A DNA stretch of 64,000 nt, taken from positions 16,837 to 80,836 of the forward strand of contig CAWGHZ010000006.1 in the NCBI GenBank assembly GCA_963822575.1, read 5' to 3'. The notes beneath the pieces are model-generated. The model was not told where the DNA came from. It did no database searches and saw only the letters and a list, made by a program, of their open reading frames with translations. Made by a program: the position numbers and the translations under genes. Numbering within the stretch: the first letter of the stretch is position 1; each line of letters opens with the position of its first letter. Positions 8,442 to 17,138 of this stretch are shown piece after piece. The DNA is from an uncultured Alphaproteobacteria bacterium. GTDB lineage: Bacteria; Pseudomonadota; Alphaproteobacteria; MPNO01; DASWLB01.

Positions 8442-9434
8442 ATGACCGAGGCGACCTACGACGTGATCGGGATCGGCAACGCCATCGTCGACGTCCTGGC
8501 CGAGACCGAGGAGTCGTTCCTCGCCCGGCACGGCCTCGAGAAGGGGGTGATGACCCTGATCGACGCCGACCGCGCGAAGAGCCTCTACGAGGCGATGGCG
8601 CCCGGCATCGAGATGTCGGGCGGGTCGGCCGCGAACACCATCGCCGGGCTCGCCTCTCTGGGCGGCGCCGGCGCCTATATCGGCAAGGTGCGCAACGACC
8701 AGCTCGGCGGCGTGTTCAGCCACGATCTGCGCGCCATCGGCATCGACTACCGCACCGCGGCGGCGAAATCGGGCCCGCCGACGGCGCGCTGCCTTATCTT
8801 CGTCACGCCCGACGCGCAGCGTACCATGCAGACCTTCCTCGGCGCCTCGGTCGGACTCACGCCCGACGACGTCGACGAGACCGCGATCGGCGCGGCGCGC
8901 GTCACCTACCTCGAAGGCTATCTCTTCGACCCGCCGCCCGCGCGCGAGGCGTTCGTGCGCGCGGCCGAGACCGCCCACGCCAAGGGGCGCAAGGTGGCGC
9001 TGACGCTCAGCGACCCGTTCTGCGTCGACCGCCACCGGGCGGAGTTCCTGCATCTTGTCGAGCACCATGTCGACATATTGTTCGCCAACGAGGCGGAGAT
9101 CCTGTCGCTCTACCAAGTCCAGGATTTCGGCGAGGCGCTGGCGCGCGTGCGCGGCCATTGCGAGGTGGCGGCGCTGACCCGGTCCGAGCGCGGCTCGGTG
9201 CTGGTGGCGGGCGGCGAAATCTACGAGGTCGCGGCCGAGAAGGTCGAGCGCGTGGTGGATACAACGGGCGCCGGCGACCTCTACGCGGCCGGGTTCCTGT
9301 ACGGCCTCACCCGCGGCTACGAGCTCGCGGCGTGCGGGCGAATCGGCTCGATCTGCGCCGCCGAGGTGATCTCGCATTTCGGCGCGCGGCCGGAAACCAG
9401 CCTCGCCAAGCTGGTCGAGCAGAAGTCGGGTTGA
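8442..9434 (+). CDS. PfkB-family carbohydrate kinase, adenosine kinase-like
   Basis: GIGNAIVDVL N-terminal motif and the C-terminal PfkB signature DTTGAGDLYAAGFLYG. Size is 330 aa. Confidence 0.85.
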   Translation: MTEATYDVIGIGNAIVDVLAETEESFLARHGLEKGVMTLIDADRAKSLYEAMAPGIEMSGGSAANTIAGLASLGGAGAYIGKVRNDQLGGVFSHDLRAIGIDYRTAAAKSGPPTARCLIFVTPDAQRTMQTFLGASVGLTPDDVDETAIGAARVTYLEGYLFDPPPAREAFVRAAETAHAKGRKVALTLSDPFCVDRHRAEFLHLVEHHVDILFANEAEILSLYQVQDFGEALARVRGHCEVAALTRSERGSVLVAGGEIYEVAAEKVERVVDTTGAGDLYAAGFLYGLTRGYELAACGRIGSICAAEVISHFGARPETSLAKLVEQKSG

Positions 9435-9445
9435 ACCCAAACGAT

Positions 9446-9564
9446 TGTCATCCCGGCCAAGTCGCGAACCGCGGTTCGCGGCGCGAGCCGGGACCTATAT
9501 TCGGACGTCACAGTCGCGGCGACATGGGCCCCGGATCGGCGCTTCGCGCCATCCGGGGTGACAG
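9446..9564. repeat. Two inverted copies of a hairpin-forming REP/MITE-like element
   Basis: Copy 1 is tgtcatcccggc..cgcgaaccgcggttcgcg..gccgggacctat. Copy 2, on the opposite strand, is ctgtcaccccggatggcgcgaagcgccgatccggggcccat. They share TGTCAYCCCGG...CCGGGRCCYAT ends, and each has an internal palindrome. Confidence 0.6.
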
Positions 9565-9590
9565 TCTGGATGGGGTGCGATAGCGCGCCG

Positions 9591-10559
9591 TCAATTCGCC
9601 TCGCGCAGGAACTCCAGCGCCTTGTGCACCGGCTCATCGGTGACGCGCAGCAGCACGGTGTCGTCGCTGGCGGCCTTGTGGGTGTGCGACCGCCACGCCG
9701 GCGCGCAGAACACGTCGCCGCGCTTCCAGGCAAAGCGCTCGCCGTCGATCAATGAGGCGCCCGATCCTTCGACCACGGCGTAGATGTTGTGGGCGGTGGT
9801 CTTGAACGGCTCGGTCTCCTTGCCGGTCTCCAGCGCATGCAGGAAAAGGGCCGTCGTCTTCATCGCCGGGCAGTCGCCGAGCTCGATCATGCGGCCGAAG
9901 CGGCCCGACGGGTCGGGCGCGGTCTCGGCCAGGCGCTTCTGGCTGTCGGCCCACTTGAAGATGTAGGGCGAATCGTACTTGTCCGGCGTGTTGTCGTTCT
10001 CGGGCTCGGAATAGGGCTCGAAGAACATGCCCTCGAGGAGCCACACCAGCGGCACGTCGAGGAAATCGATCCAGTAGGCGGTCTTGTCGCCCTCGTTGCC
10101 GTGGCCGTGCCAGCACCAGTTGGGCGTCAGCACCACGTCACCCGGCACCATCGGCAGGCGCTCGCCGTCGACCATGGTGTAGGTGCCGGCCGGCCCGTCC
10201 AGCACCAGGCGCAGCGCGTTCGGGGAATGGCGGTGCCAGCGCGCGCGCTCGCCCGGCAGCAGCGCCTGATAGGCCGCGACCAGCGTGCGCACGGTCGGGT
10301 AGAAATTCCCCTCGATCGGGTTGTAGCAAAGCAGGTTGCGCCGCTCGGCGAGGTCGGTGTTGATCAGCCGCCCGGCGGCGTCGAGCGCGATCTTCGCATC
10401 CTCGTAGCGCCAGTGCGCCGGCACGAAGTTCTTGCGCGGCTCCGGCCACAGGCTCGGCTCGGGCTTGTTCCACCCGGCCATCAGGTTGAGGCGGTTGAGC
10501 GCCGGATAGAGCTGGTCGAGCGTCGCGGCGCGCGCGAGGTCTTCGGTGGCCGTTGCCAT
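9591..10559 (-). CDS. Bicupin dioxygenase, gentisate 1,2-dioxygenase-like
   Basis: A 322-aa protein with two cupin halves (WHRHSPNALRLVLDG...; HTHKAASDDTVLLRV) and an N-terminal LNLMAGWNKPEPSLWPEP typical of the gentisate/1-hydroxy-2-naphthoate dioxygenase family. ATG at 10559. Confidence 0.75.
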   Translation of the reverse strand: MATATEDLARAATLDQLYPALNRLNLMAGWNKPEPSLWPEPRKNFVPAHWRYEDAKIALDAAGRLINTDLAERRNLLCYNPIEGNFYPTVRTLVAAYQALLPGERARWHRHSPNALRLVLDGPAGTYTMVDGERLPMVPGDVVLTPNWCWHGHGNEGDKTAYWIDFLDVPLVWLLEGMFFEPYSEPENDNTPDKYDSPYIFKWADSQKRLAETAPDPSGRFGRMIELGDCPAMKTTALFLHALETGKETEPFKTTAHNIYAVVEGSGASLIDGERFAWKRGDVFCAPAWRSHTHKAASDDTVLLRVTDEPVHKALEFLREAN

Positions 10560-10617
10560 GGCGGTTCTCCTCATTCGAAAGGAGTCTATGCCAGCCGTTC
10601 CCCGCGTTCAATGCGCC

Positions 10618-10860
10618 CTAGGTACGGCCGCGGCCCGAGCCGCCGCCGCGCGCGGTCTCGTCCAGCACGTGGAAGTCGCGCGACCGCGCCCCCGCCTGCG
10701 CGACCTCGAATCCCTCGCCCTTGAGTCCACGGCGCAACAGTTCGCGCACCGCGGCGGCGCGTGTGGGCATGCGGCGGCTGAAGCGCCAATTGTCCAAGGC
10801 CTCCAGCTCGGGCGCGCTCAGCATGATCTGCAGGCGCACGCTGCGGCTCAGTTGGGCCAT
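10618..10860 (-). CDS. Ribbon-helix-helix (CopG-like) DNA-binding protein
   Basis: An 80-aa product, MAQLSRSVRLQIMLSAPELEALDNWRFSRRMPTRAAAVRELLRRGL, with the beta-strand-helix-helix pattern. GAGGAGAG lies 4-5 nt upstream of the ATG at 10860. Confidence 0.65.
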   Translation of the reverse strand: MAQLSRSVRLQIMLSAPELEALDNWRFSRRMPTRAAAVRELLRRGLKGEGFEVAQAGARSRDFHVLDETARGGGSGRGRT

Positions 10861-11141
10861 TGTTCTCTCCTCGCTTTGCAGCATCCTCACGGGACCAGTC
10901 GGACGTGGGGGCAAAAGGGAGAGCCAGCAAGCGCCGCACGGAATGGACCTACTCAAACAACGCTTTTGCCACAAAATGAGGCAATTGGCTTTGTAATGTA
11001 ACAACAGTAAAAATGCGGAAGTACGCCTATTCGATTGTGATTTATGCAGCCAGAATTGATATTTTGGGAAAAAACATGTGACTTTCTTTGGAAATCTATG
11101 CTTAAAGCGATTCCAACAGTACCCAAAATCGAGGCTATGAA

Positions 11142-11828
11142 ATGCCGTCGAACGAGTGGTCTGGTGAAGCCGGAACCGGCCCCCGCGATGTCGCCAGCGC
11201 CCAGACGCTGGTGTCCGAAGCCCATCACCGCATCGCCAACAACCTGCAGGTCATCGTCGGGCTGGTGCGGCTGCATGCCAGCCGGATCGGGCGCGGCGGC
11301 GGACCCGTACGGCGCGAGGACATGCACACCCTCCTGGAAGAGGTCGCCGGCCGCGTCGCGTCCATCGGGCTCTTGCACCAGCGGCTCGCCGCCACCGCCG
11401 GCGGGGCCAGCGTCGCGATCGACGCGCTCGTGCGCGACATCTGCGAGCGCTGCGCCGCCTTGATGTCACGGCCGGACCACACCGCGCTCACCGTCACCGG
11501 CGAGCCCTGCATGGTGGCCGCGCAGACGGCGGGGCCGATCGCGCTGATCGCGAACGAGCTCGTCACCAACGCCGCGAAGTTCGCCCATCCAGACGGCGAG
11601 GCCGGACGCATCGTGGTGGCCACGTCGCGCGCCGCGGGTGGCGCGCTGATCGTCGAAGTGGCCGACGACGGCGTCGGCCTGCCCGTCGGATTCGATCCCG
11701 CGACGGGCGGCGGGCTCGGCTTCCAGGTGATGCGCGCGCTCGTCGAGCAGATCGGCGCCGCGCTCGATTTCGCACCGGCCAATCCCGGCTTGCGCGCGCG
11801 GCTCAGCGTGCCGCCCGACCGTCTCTGA
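11142..11828 (+). CDS. Sensor-less histidine kinase core (HisKA_2/HWE-type DHp plus HATPase_c)
   Basis: H-box SEAHHRIANNLQVIVGLV (HisKA_2 type), N-box ANELVTNAAKFA and G-boxes DDGVGLP / GGLGFQV. Only ~25 residues precede the DHp domain. Confidence 0.85.
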   Translation: MPSNEWSGEAGTGPRDVASAQTLVSEAHHRIANNLQVIVGLVRLHASRIGRGGGPVRREDMHTLLEEVAGRVASIGLLHQRLAATAGGASVAIDALVRDICERCAALMSRPDHTALTVTGEPCMVAAQTAGPIALIANELVTNAAKFAHPDGEAGRIVVATSRAAGGALIVEVADDGVGLPVGFDPATGGGLGFQVMRALVEQIGAALDFAPANPGLRARLSVPPDRL

Positions 11829-11829
11829 C

Positions 11830-11849
11830 GACACGCGGCGCCGCGTGTC
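11830..11849 (+). terminator. Possible terminator hairpin after the kinase gene
   Basis: A perfect 20-nt palindrome gacacgcggcgccgcgtgtc directly after the stop codon, followed by ttccc. The U-tract is weak. Confidence 0.35.
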
Positions 11850-11922
11850 TTCCCGAATCGCACGGGACTTGTCATTCGCGCGCGCGCGTGATTCTATCGG
11901 CGTATCCTTGGTGGAGGGCTCA

Positions 11923-12228
11923 ATGGCAAGACAGGCTGCGGCGGCGAAACAGGCGACCGTCACGATGAAACATTTGGCGGCGGAGATCGCCCAGAAGCAC
12001 GACATGTCGAAGAAGGACGCGGAGGCGACGCTGGGCGAGTTCGTGACGCTCGTGACGCGCCACCTCAAGAAGGGCGACCGGCTGCGCCTGTCCGGGCTCG
12101 GCGTGCTGCAGGTGCGCAAGCGCGCCGCGCGCATGGGCCGCAACCCGGCGACCGGCGAGGCGATCAAGATCAAGGCGTCGAAGAAGGTCGCGTTCCGCCC
12201 GGCCAAGGAGCTGAAAGAGTCCGTCTAG
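11923..12228 (+). CDS. HU/IHF-family DNA-binding protein with a short N-terminal extension
   Basis: MKHLAAEIAQKHDMSKKDAEATLGEFV...GRNPATGEAIKIKASKKVAFRPAKELKE is typical of the HU fold and arm. GGAGGG lies 5 nt upstream of the ATG at 11923. An internal Met 15 is an alternative start. Confidence 0.85.
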   Translation: MARQAAAAKQATVTMKHLAAEIAQKHDMSKKDAEATLGEFVTLVTRHLKKGDRLRLSGLGVLQVRKRAARMGRNPATGEAIKIKASKKVAFRPAKELKESV

Positions 12229-12301
12229 CGCCCGGGCCGCTCCGCCCGGCCGGCGCCGCGCATCCCATCCCCGCGACGGGGCAGGGACGGGGAGTGATCG
12301 C

Positions 12302-13177
12302 ATGACCGAAACGGTCGGCGTCATCGGGCTCGGCATCATGGGCGGCGCCATCGCCGCGAATCTGGTGAAAGCCGGGTTCGCGGTCGTGGGCTACGATATC
12401 CTCGCCGTACGCAATGAAGAGCTCGCGGCCGCGGGCGGCACGCCGTGCGCTTCGGCGCGCGAGGTGGTCGTGGCAGCCGAGCGGATCGTCACGTCGCTGC
12501 CCACGTCCACCGCGCTCGACGAGACTTGCACGGCGATCGCGGCCGGCGCGCCCGGCCCGCGCATCGTCGCCGAGTGCTCGACCTTTCCCATCGCCGACAA
12601 GGAGCGCGCCGCGGCGGCGCTCGCCAAGGCGGGGCACGTGCTGCTCGACTGTCCGCTCTCCGGCACCGGTGCGCAGGCGCAGACGCGCGACCTCGTGGTG
12701 CTCGCCTCGGGCGACGAAGCGGCTTACGACAGGCTCGGCCCGGTGTTCGACGGGTTCGCGCGCAAGCGCCACTTCCTCGGCGCGTTCGGCAATGGCAGCC
12801 GGATGAAGTTCGTCGCGAACCACCTGGTGCACATCCACAACGTCGCCTCGGCCGAGGCGATCCTGCTCGCCCGCCGCGCCGGGCTCGACGCCCGGCTCGC
12901 CTACGACGTGATCCGCGATTCGGCCGGCGTCTCGCGCATCTTCGAGCTGCGCGCGCCGATGATGGTGGCGCGCGAGTTCCGCCCCGCCACGATGAAGTGC
13001 GCGGTGTGGAAGAAGGACATGACCGTGATCGGCGAATTCGCACGCGCGATGGGCGCGCCGACACCGCTGTTCGACGCGTCCTCGCCCTACTACCTCAAGG
13101 CCATCGACGAGGGGCTGGGCGACGCCGACACCGCCGCCGTCTACCAGGTGCTCGAGGCGATGGCGGACGGCAAATAG
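12302..13177 (+). CDS. NAD(P)-dependent beta-hydroxyacid (3-hydroxyisobutyrate) dehydrogenase-family oxidoreductase
   Basis: N-terminal VGVIGLGIMGGAIAANL Rossmann motif. Size is 291 aa with the family-typical central and C-terminal helical domain. Confidence 0.85.
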   Translation: MTETVGVIGLGIMGGAIAANLVKAGFAVVGYDILAVRNEELAAAGGTPCASAREVVVAAERIVTSLPTSTALDETCTAIAAGAPGPRIVAECSTFPIADKERAAAALAKAGHVLLDCPLSGTGAQAQTRDLVVLASGDEAAYDRLGPVFDGFARKRHFLGAFGNGSRMKFVANHLVHIHNVASAEAILLARRAGLDARLAYDVIRDSAGVSRIFELRAPMMVAREFRPATMKCAVWKKDMTVIGEFARAMGAPTPLFDASSPYYLKAIDEGLGDADTAAVYQVLEAMADGK

Positions 13178-13207
13178 CCGCAAGCCAAGCCGGTCCTCGT
13201 CCCTGCT

Positions 13208-13266
13208 CCGTTCGCCCCGGGTCGCGCCGAAAGCGCGTATCGAAGGGCGACGGCGGCACGATCTCG
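13208..13266. repeat. Copy A of a ~60-nt conserved element (second copy at 47408..47471)
   Basis: ccgttcgccccgggtcgcgccgaaagcgcgtatcgaagggcgacggcggcacgatctcg aligns with the copy near tRNA-Ala. It is followed here by a T8 run. Confidence 0.6.
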
Positions 13267-13296
13267 TTTTTTTTGAAGCTCGCCGCCCAAACGAAA

Positions 13297-13319
13297 GGGG
13301 CCGGTCGGCGACCGGCCCC
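13297..13319. terminator. Bidirectional intrinsic terminator between convergent genes
   Basis: GGGGCCGGTcggcgACCGGCCCC hairpin, flanked by tccatttt on the plus strand and tttcgttt on the minus strand. Confidence 0.7.
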
Positions 13320-13343
13320 TCCATTTTCGGCAACGCCGTGCGG

Positions 13344-15041
13344 CTACGGGTCGATCTCGACGTTGACGAGGACGAGCTTGCCGGACTCGAGGGCGTCGCG
13401 GCCCTTCTTCAGCCCGTCCTTCAGCTTCGCCGGGTCGTCGATCTTGATGCCGACGCCGCCCCACGGCGGGGCGAGCTCACCATAGTCCGGCCCGTTGATC
13501 GGTGCGCCATAGAACAAATTGTGCTTCACGCCGACGCCGTCCGGATAATACTCGGTCTGGTTGTTGCGCATCGCGCGGTAGTTCTTGTTGTTGTAGACGA
13601 CGATCATGATCGGCAGGTCCGCGTCACGCGCGAGGCCCAGGCTCTGCGGCACCGGGTTGTACAGGAACGCGCCGTCGCCGATCAGCGAGACGACCGGCCG
13701 ATCCCTGAGCGCCAGCTTGACGCCGAGCGTGATGCCGAGCCCCTGGCCCAGCCCCGACGGCACCTTGAAGAAGCTCTGCGGGCCGGCGAACTGGATGTTG
13801 CGCACGTTGAAGCCGCGGTGCGTCGTGCACTCGTCGGTGTAGACGGTGTTCCGCGGCATCACCTCGTTGAGCGCGGCGGCGAGCGTCGCGGGGTGGATGA
13901 TCTTGTTGTTCTTCACCTTGTCCAGCGCGGCGGCGTACTCGGCCACCAGCTTCTCGTGGCTCGCGTGGCACTGAGCGAGGCGGTCCTTCACCACGTCGGG
14001 CTTGGGGCCGGCTGCCTTCACCGCTTCGGCGAGCGCGCGCATGGTGGACGGCACGTCGCCCTCCAGGTACTCGTTCGCCTGCACGCTCTGGTACACCATG
14101 TGGTCGCGCATGCCGGTCTCGTCGATCATCACGACGGTGGCGTTCGTTGGACCCTTGCGCGGCGGGTACCAGGGCGCGCGCGCCCGGATGACCAGAACCA
14201 GGTCGGCCTGGTCCAGCAACGGCCGGACGTCGAAGCCCTGGTGCAGCGGGTGCTCCTGCGGGAAGTTGTTGCAGTCGGCGACCGCGCCTTCCACCACGGG
14301 GATGGCGGCGGACTCGGCGAGCGCGACCAGCGCGGCCCAGCCCGCGGGATCGCGCCCGGCGGTCTCGGTGATGATTATCGGGTTCTTGGCCTGGGCGATC
14401 AGCCCCGCCACCTTCTCGATCTCGGTGGCCGGCGCGGCGGCCTTCACGGGCCGCGGCACCTTGCGCATCCGGCCGGGCGGCGACCAGGGCGCCACCATGT
14501 TCTCGATCGGGACGTTCAGGTAGGTCGGGCCGACCGGGCCCCGCATGGCCAGCTCGCCCGCGCGCACCACCTGCTCGTAGAGCGTCGACGGGCTCGAGGC
14601 CTGCTGCGCCCACTTGGTCACCGGCTCCATCAGGCGCTGCGGCCCGCCGGGGATCGACAGGCTTTCCAGCCACTGATGGCCGGGGTCGAAATTCTCGTTC
14701 TCGCCGTAGGACAGCGACTCGCCCGACATCACCATGATCGGCGCGCCCGCGAGCTTGGCGCCGTGCACGCCCATCGAGCCCTGCATCAGCCCGACGCCGG
14801 CATGCAGCACCACGGCCTGCAGCCGGCCGGTGACAATGGCGTAGGCGGTGGCGACGTTCGCCGCCAGCGTCTCGTGATAGCAGTGGATGTATTTCGGGCC
14901 GGGGGTCTTCTCGACCTGCTGGCGCGCGAACGCCTCCCACAGCGGGCCCCACTCGGAGCCGGGCGACGACACCACATAGTCGATGTCGAGGTGGCGGAAT
15001 GCCTCGATGATCGCTTCGCCGCCGTCGAGCACGTTCTTCAT
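13344..15041 (-). CDS. Thiamine-diphosphate-binding enzyme (acetolactate synthase large-subunit-like)
   Basis: A 565-aa ORF with the three-domain TPP enzyme pattern and C-terminal GDGAFLYNP...NN TPP-binding motif. Substrate unknown. Confidence 0.85.
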   Translation of the reverse strand: MKNVLDGGEAIIEAFRHLDIDYVVSSPGSEWGPLWEAFARQQVEKTPGPKYIHCYHETLAANVATAYAIVTGRLQAVVLHAGVGLMQGSMGVHGAKLAGAPIMVMSGESLSYGENENFDPGHQWLESLSIPGGPQRLMEPVTKWAQQASSPSTLYEQVVRAGELAMRGPVGPTYLNVPIENMVAPWSPPGRMRKVPRPVKAAAPATEIEKVAGLIAQAKNPIIITETAGRDPAGWAALVALAESAAIPVVEGAVADCNNFPQEHPLHQGFDVRPLLDQADLVLVIRARAPWYPPRKGPTNATVVMIDETGMRDHMVYQSVQANEYLEGDVPSTMRALAEAVKAAGPKPDVVKDRLAQCHASHEKLVAEYAAALDKVKNNKIIHPATLAAALNEVMPRNTVYTDECTTHRGFNVRNIQFAGPQSFFKVPSGLGQGLGITLGVKLALRDRPVVSLIGDGAFLYNPVPQSLGLARDADLPIMIVVYNNKNYRAMRNNQTEYYPDGVGVKHNLFYGAPINGPDYGELAPPWGGVGIKIDDPAKLKDGLKKGRDALESGKLVLVNVEIDP

Positions 15042-15152
15042 CGCGTCCTCCCTAAGGCCCGCCTAAGGCCCGCAACCGGCCGCGCGGGGGGCGCGGAACC
15101 GGCCTTCCTGGCGCCATCAGGCACCGAGGCGCGTGCCGAGTCAAGCGACCGC

Positions 15153-15178
15153 GGAACCCGGCGGCGCCCGTGGCCGTT
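15153..15178 (+). promoter_or_regulatory. Putative EcfG (general stress response sigma factor)-type promoter
   Basis: GGAAC-N17-CGTT (ggaac ccggcggcgcccgtggc cgtt), about 75 nt upstream of the GH15 start codon. It matches the published alphaproteobacterial EcfG/SigT/RpoE2 consensus GGAAC-N16-17-CGTT. Confidence 0.5.
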
Positions 15179-15251
15179 GATCAGGGGCCCGGCGCAAGCC
15201 GCGGCCGCAAAGGTCCTTTTCTCCGACGGTCTTCCGTCGCATATCGGGGTC

Positions 15252-17030
15252 ATGTCTCGCCGCATCGAGGACAACGCGCTAATCGGTGACCGCACGACCA
15301 CGGCGCTCGTCGGCAAGGACGGGGCCATCGACTGGCTGTGCGTGCCCCGCTTCGATTCTCCCGCCTGCTTCGCCGCCATCCTCGGCACGGCGGACAACGG
15401 GCTGTGGCGGCTCGCGCCCAAGGACGCGGGTGCGCATGTCCGCCGCGCCTATCGCGACGGCACGCTGGTGCTCGATACCGAGTTCAAGACCGGCTCCGGC
15501 GCCGTGCGGCTCACCGACTTCATGCCGGTCGAGGGCGAGGACGGGGTCGACGTGGTCCGTATCGTCACCGGGCTCGGCGGCCGGGTGAAGATGGAGCTGG
15601 AGGCGCGCTTCCGCTTCGATTACGGCAGCGTCGTGCCTTGGGTGCGCCAGACCGACCATGCGGTCACCGCCGTCGCCGGGGGCAGCGCGCTGCGCCTCGC
15701 CGCCGACGTCGGGCTCGAGGGCCGCGGCATGTCGACCGTGGCCCAGTTCGATGTCGCCGAGGGCCAGATCGTGCCGCTGGTGCTGACGCGTTATCCGTCC
15801 TACCGCGAGCCGCCCCCGCCGCGCGACGCCCAGCGCCTCCTCGATCGCACCGAGCGCTGGTGGCGCGACTGGTCGGACCGGTGCGAGGAGCACACGGACT
15901 GGCACGAGGCAGTGATGCGCTCGGCGATCACGCTGAAGGCGCTCACCCACCGCGCGACCGGCGGCATCGTCGCCGCCGCCACCACCTCGCTGCCGGAGGA
16001 GATCGGCGGCAAGCGCAACTGGGACTATCGCTATTGCTGGCTGCGCGACGCCACCTTCTCGCTCTACGCGCTGATGGTCCTCGGCTACACCGAGGAGGCG
16101 GAGGCGTGGCGGCGCTGGCTGGTGCGCGCGGTGGCGGGCGATCCGTCGAAGCTGCAGATCATGTACGACGTCGCGGGCGAGCGCCGGCTCGACGAGCGCG
16201 AGATTCCCTGGCTTTACGGCTACGACGGGTCGCGGCCGGTGCGCATCGGCAACGACGCCTACCGGCAGAACCAGCTCGACGTCTATGGCGAGGTGATGGA
16301 CGCCTTCCATGGCGCGCGCCAGCACGGCATCGAGCCCGACGACGATTCCTGGGCCGTCCAGCTCGCGCTGATGGAGCACGTGGCGAACCATTGGACCGAT
16401 CCGGGCTCGGGCATCTGGGAGCAGCGCTCCGAGCCGCAGCGTTACGTCTATTCGACCGCCATGGCGTGGGTCGCGGCGGATCGCTGCGTCAAGGCCACCG
16501 AGCGGTTCGGCCTCAAAGGGCCGGCCGAGGACTGGCGCAATCTGCGCCGGATCATCCACGAAGACGTCTGCCGCAACGGCTTTTCGGAGAAGAAGAACGC
16601 GTTCGTCCAGCGCTACGGTTCGGACGAGCTCGACGCCTCTTCCCTGCTTCTCGCGCTCGTTCGCTTCCTGCCGCCCGACGATCCGCGCATCCGGGGCACG
16701 ATCGAAGCGGTAAAGCGCGAGCTGATGGTCGAAGGGTTCGTCTACCGCTACGACACCGAAATCTCCGAGGACGGCGTCCCGGGCGGCGAGGGCGCGTTCA
16801 TCGCCTGCACGCTGTGGCTTGCCGACAATCTGGCGCTGGTCGGCGAGCGCGACGCAGCGCGCGAGATGTTCGAGCGTGTGCTCGACATCCGCAACGACGT
16901 GGGTCTCTTGTCCGAGGAGTACGACCCCATCGCGCACCGCCTTCTGGGCAATTTCCCGCAGGCCTTCTCGCACGTCGCGCTGATCAATACCGCGCACAAT
17001 CTGGCCGAGAAGGGCAAGCAGCGCGGCTAG
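15252..17030 (+). CDS. Glycoside hydrolase family 15 protein (glucoamylase/trehalase-like), paralogue 1
   Basis: The conserved part of ORF 13338..17030 starts at MSRRIEDNALIGD...[11 protein letters not shown]. It carries the GH15 hallmark [25 protein letters not shown] at 15252 is in frame. Confidence 0.9.
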   Translation: MSRRIEDNALIGDRTTTALVGKDGAIDWLCVPRFDSPACFAAILGTADNGLWRLAPKDAGAHVRRAYRDGTLVLDTEFKTGSGAVRLTDFMPVEGEDGVDVVRIVTGLGGRVKMELEARFRFDYGSVVPWVRQTDHAVTAVAGGSALRLAADVGLEGRGMSTVAQFDVAEGQIVPLVLTRYPSYREPPPPRDAQRLLDRTERWWRDWSDRCEEHTDWHEAVMRSAITLKALTHRATGGIVAAATTSLPEEIGGKRNWDYRYCWLRDATFSLYALMVLGYTEEAEAWRRWLVRAVAGDPSKLQIMYDVAGERRLDEREIPWLYGYDGSRPVRIGNDAYRQNQLDVYGEVMDAFHGARQHGIEPDDDSWAVQLALMEHVANHWTDPGSGIWEQRSEPQRYVYSTAMAWVAADRCVKATERFGLKGPAEDWRNLRRIIHEDVCRNGFSEKKNAFVQRYGSDELDASSLLLALVRFLPPDDPRIRGTIEAVKRELMVEGFVYRYDTEISEDGVPGGEGAFIACTLWLADNLALVGERDAAREMFERVLDIRNDVGLLSEEYDPIAHRLLGNFPQAFSHVALINTAHNLAEKGKQRG

Positions 17031-17138
17031 TAGCCGTCCGGTTCCGCGAATTTGCCGGCGTGATTAAGCCTTCTATCGCCCCGCCGAATTTGTCATTTTG
17101 TCGCGACAGGCGTGTCGCCGAGCGGAGGAGGATGGCAA

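Noticed and set aside
13338-15251. The first ~638 codons of the 1230-aa plus-strand ORF 13338..17030
   Set aside because: They lie antisense to the well-supported TPP-enzyme gene (13344..15041). They are Arg/Ala/Gly/His-rich with no recognisable domain. The GH15 homology only begins at Met 15252. This is an open-frame artefact of high G+C.
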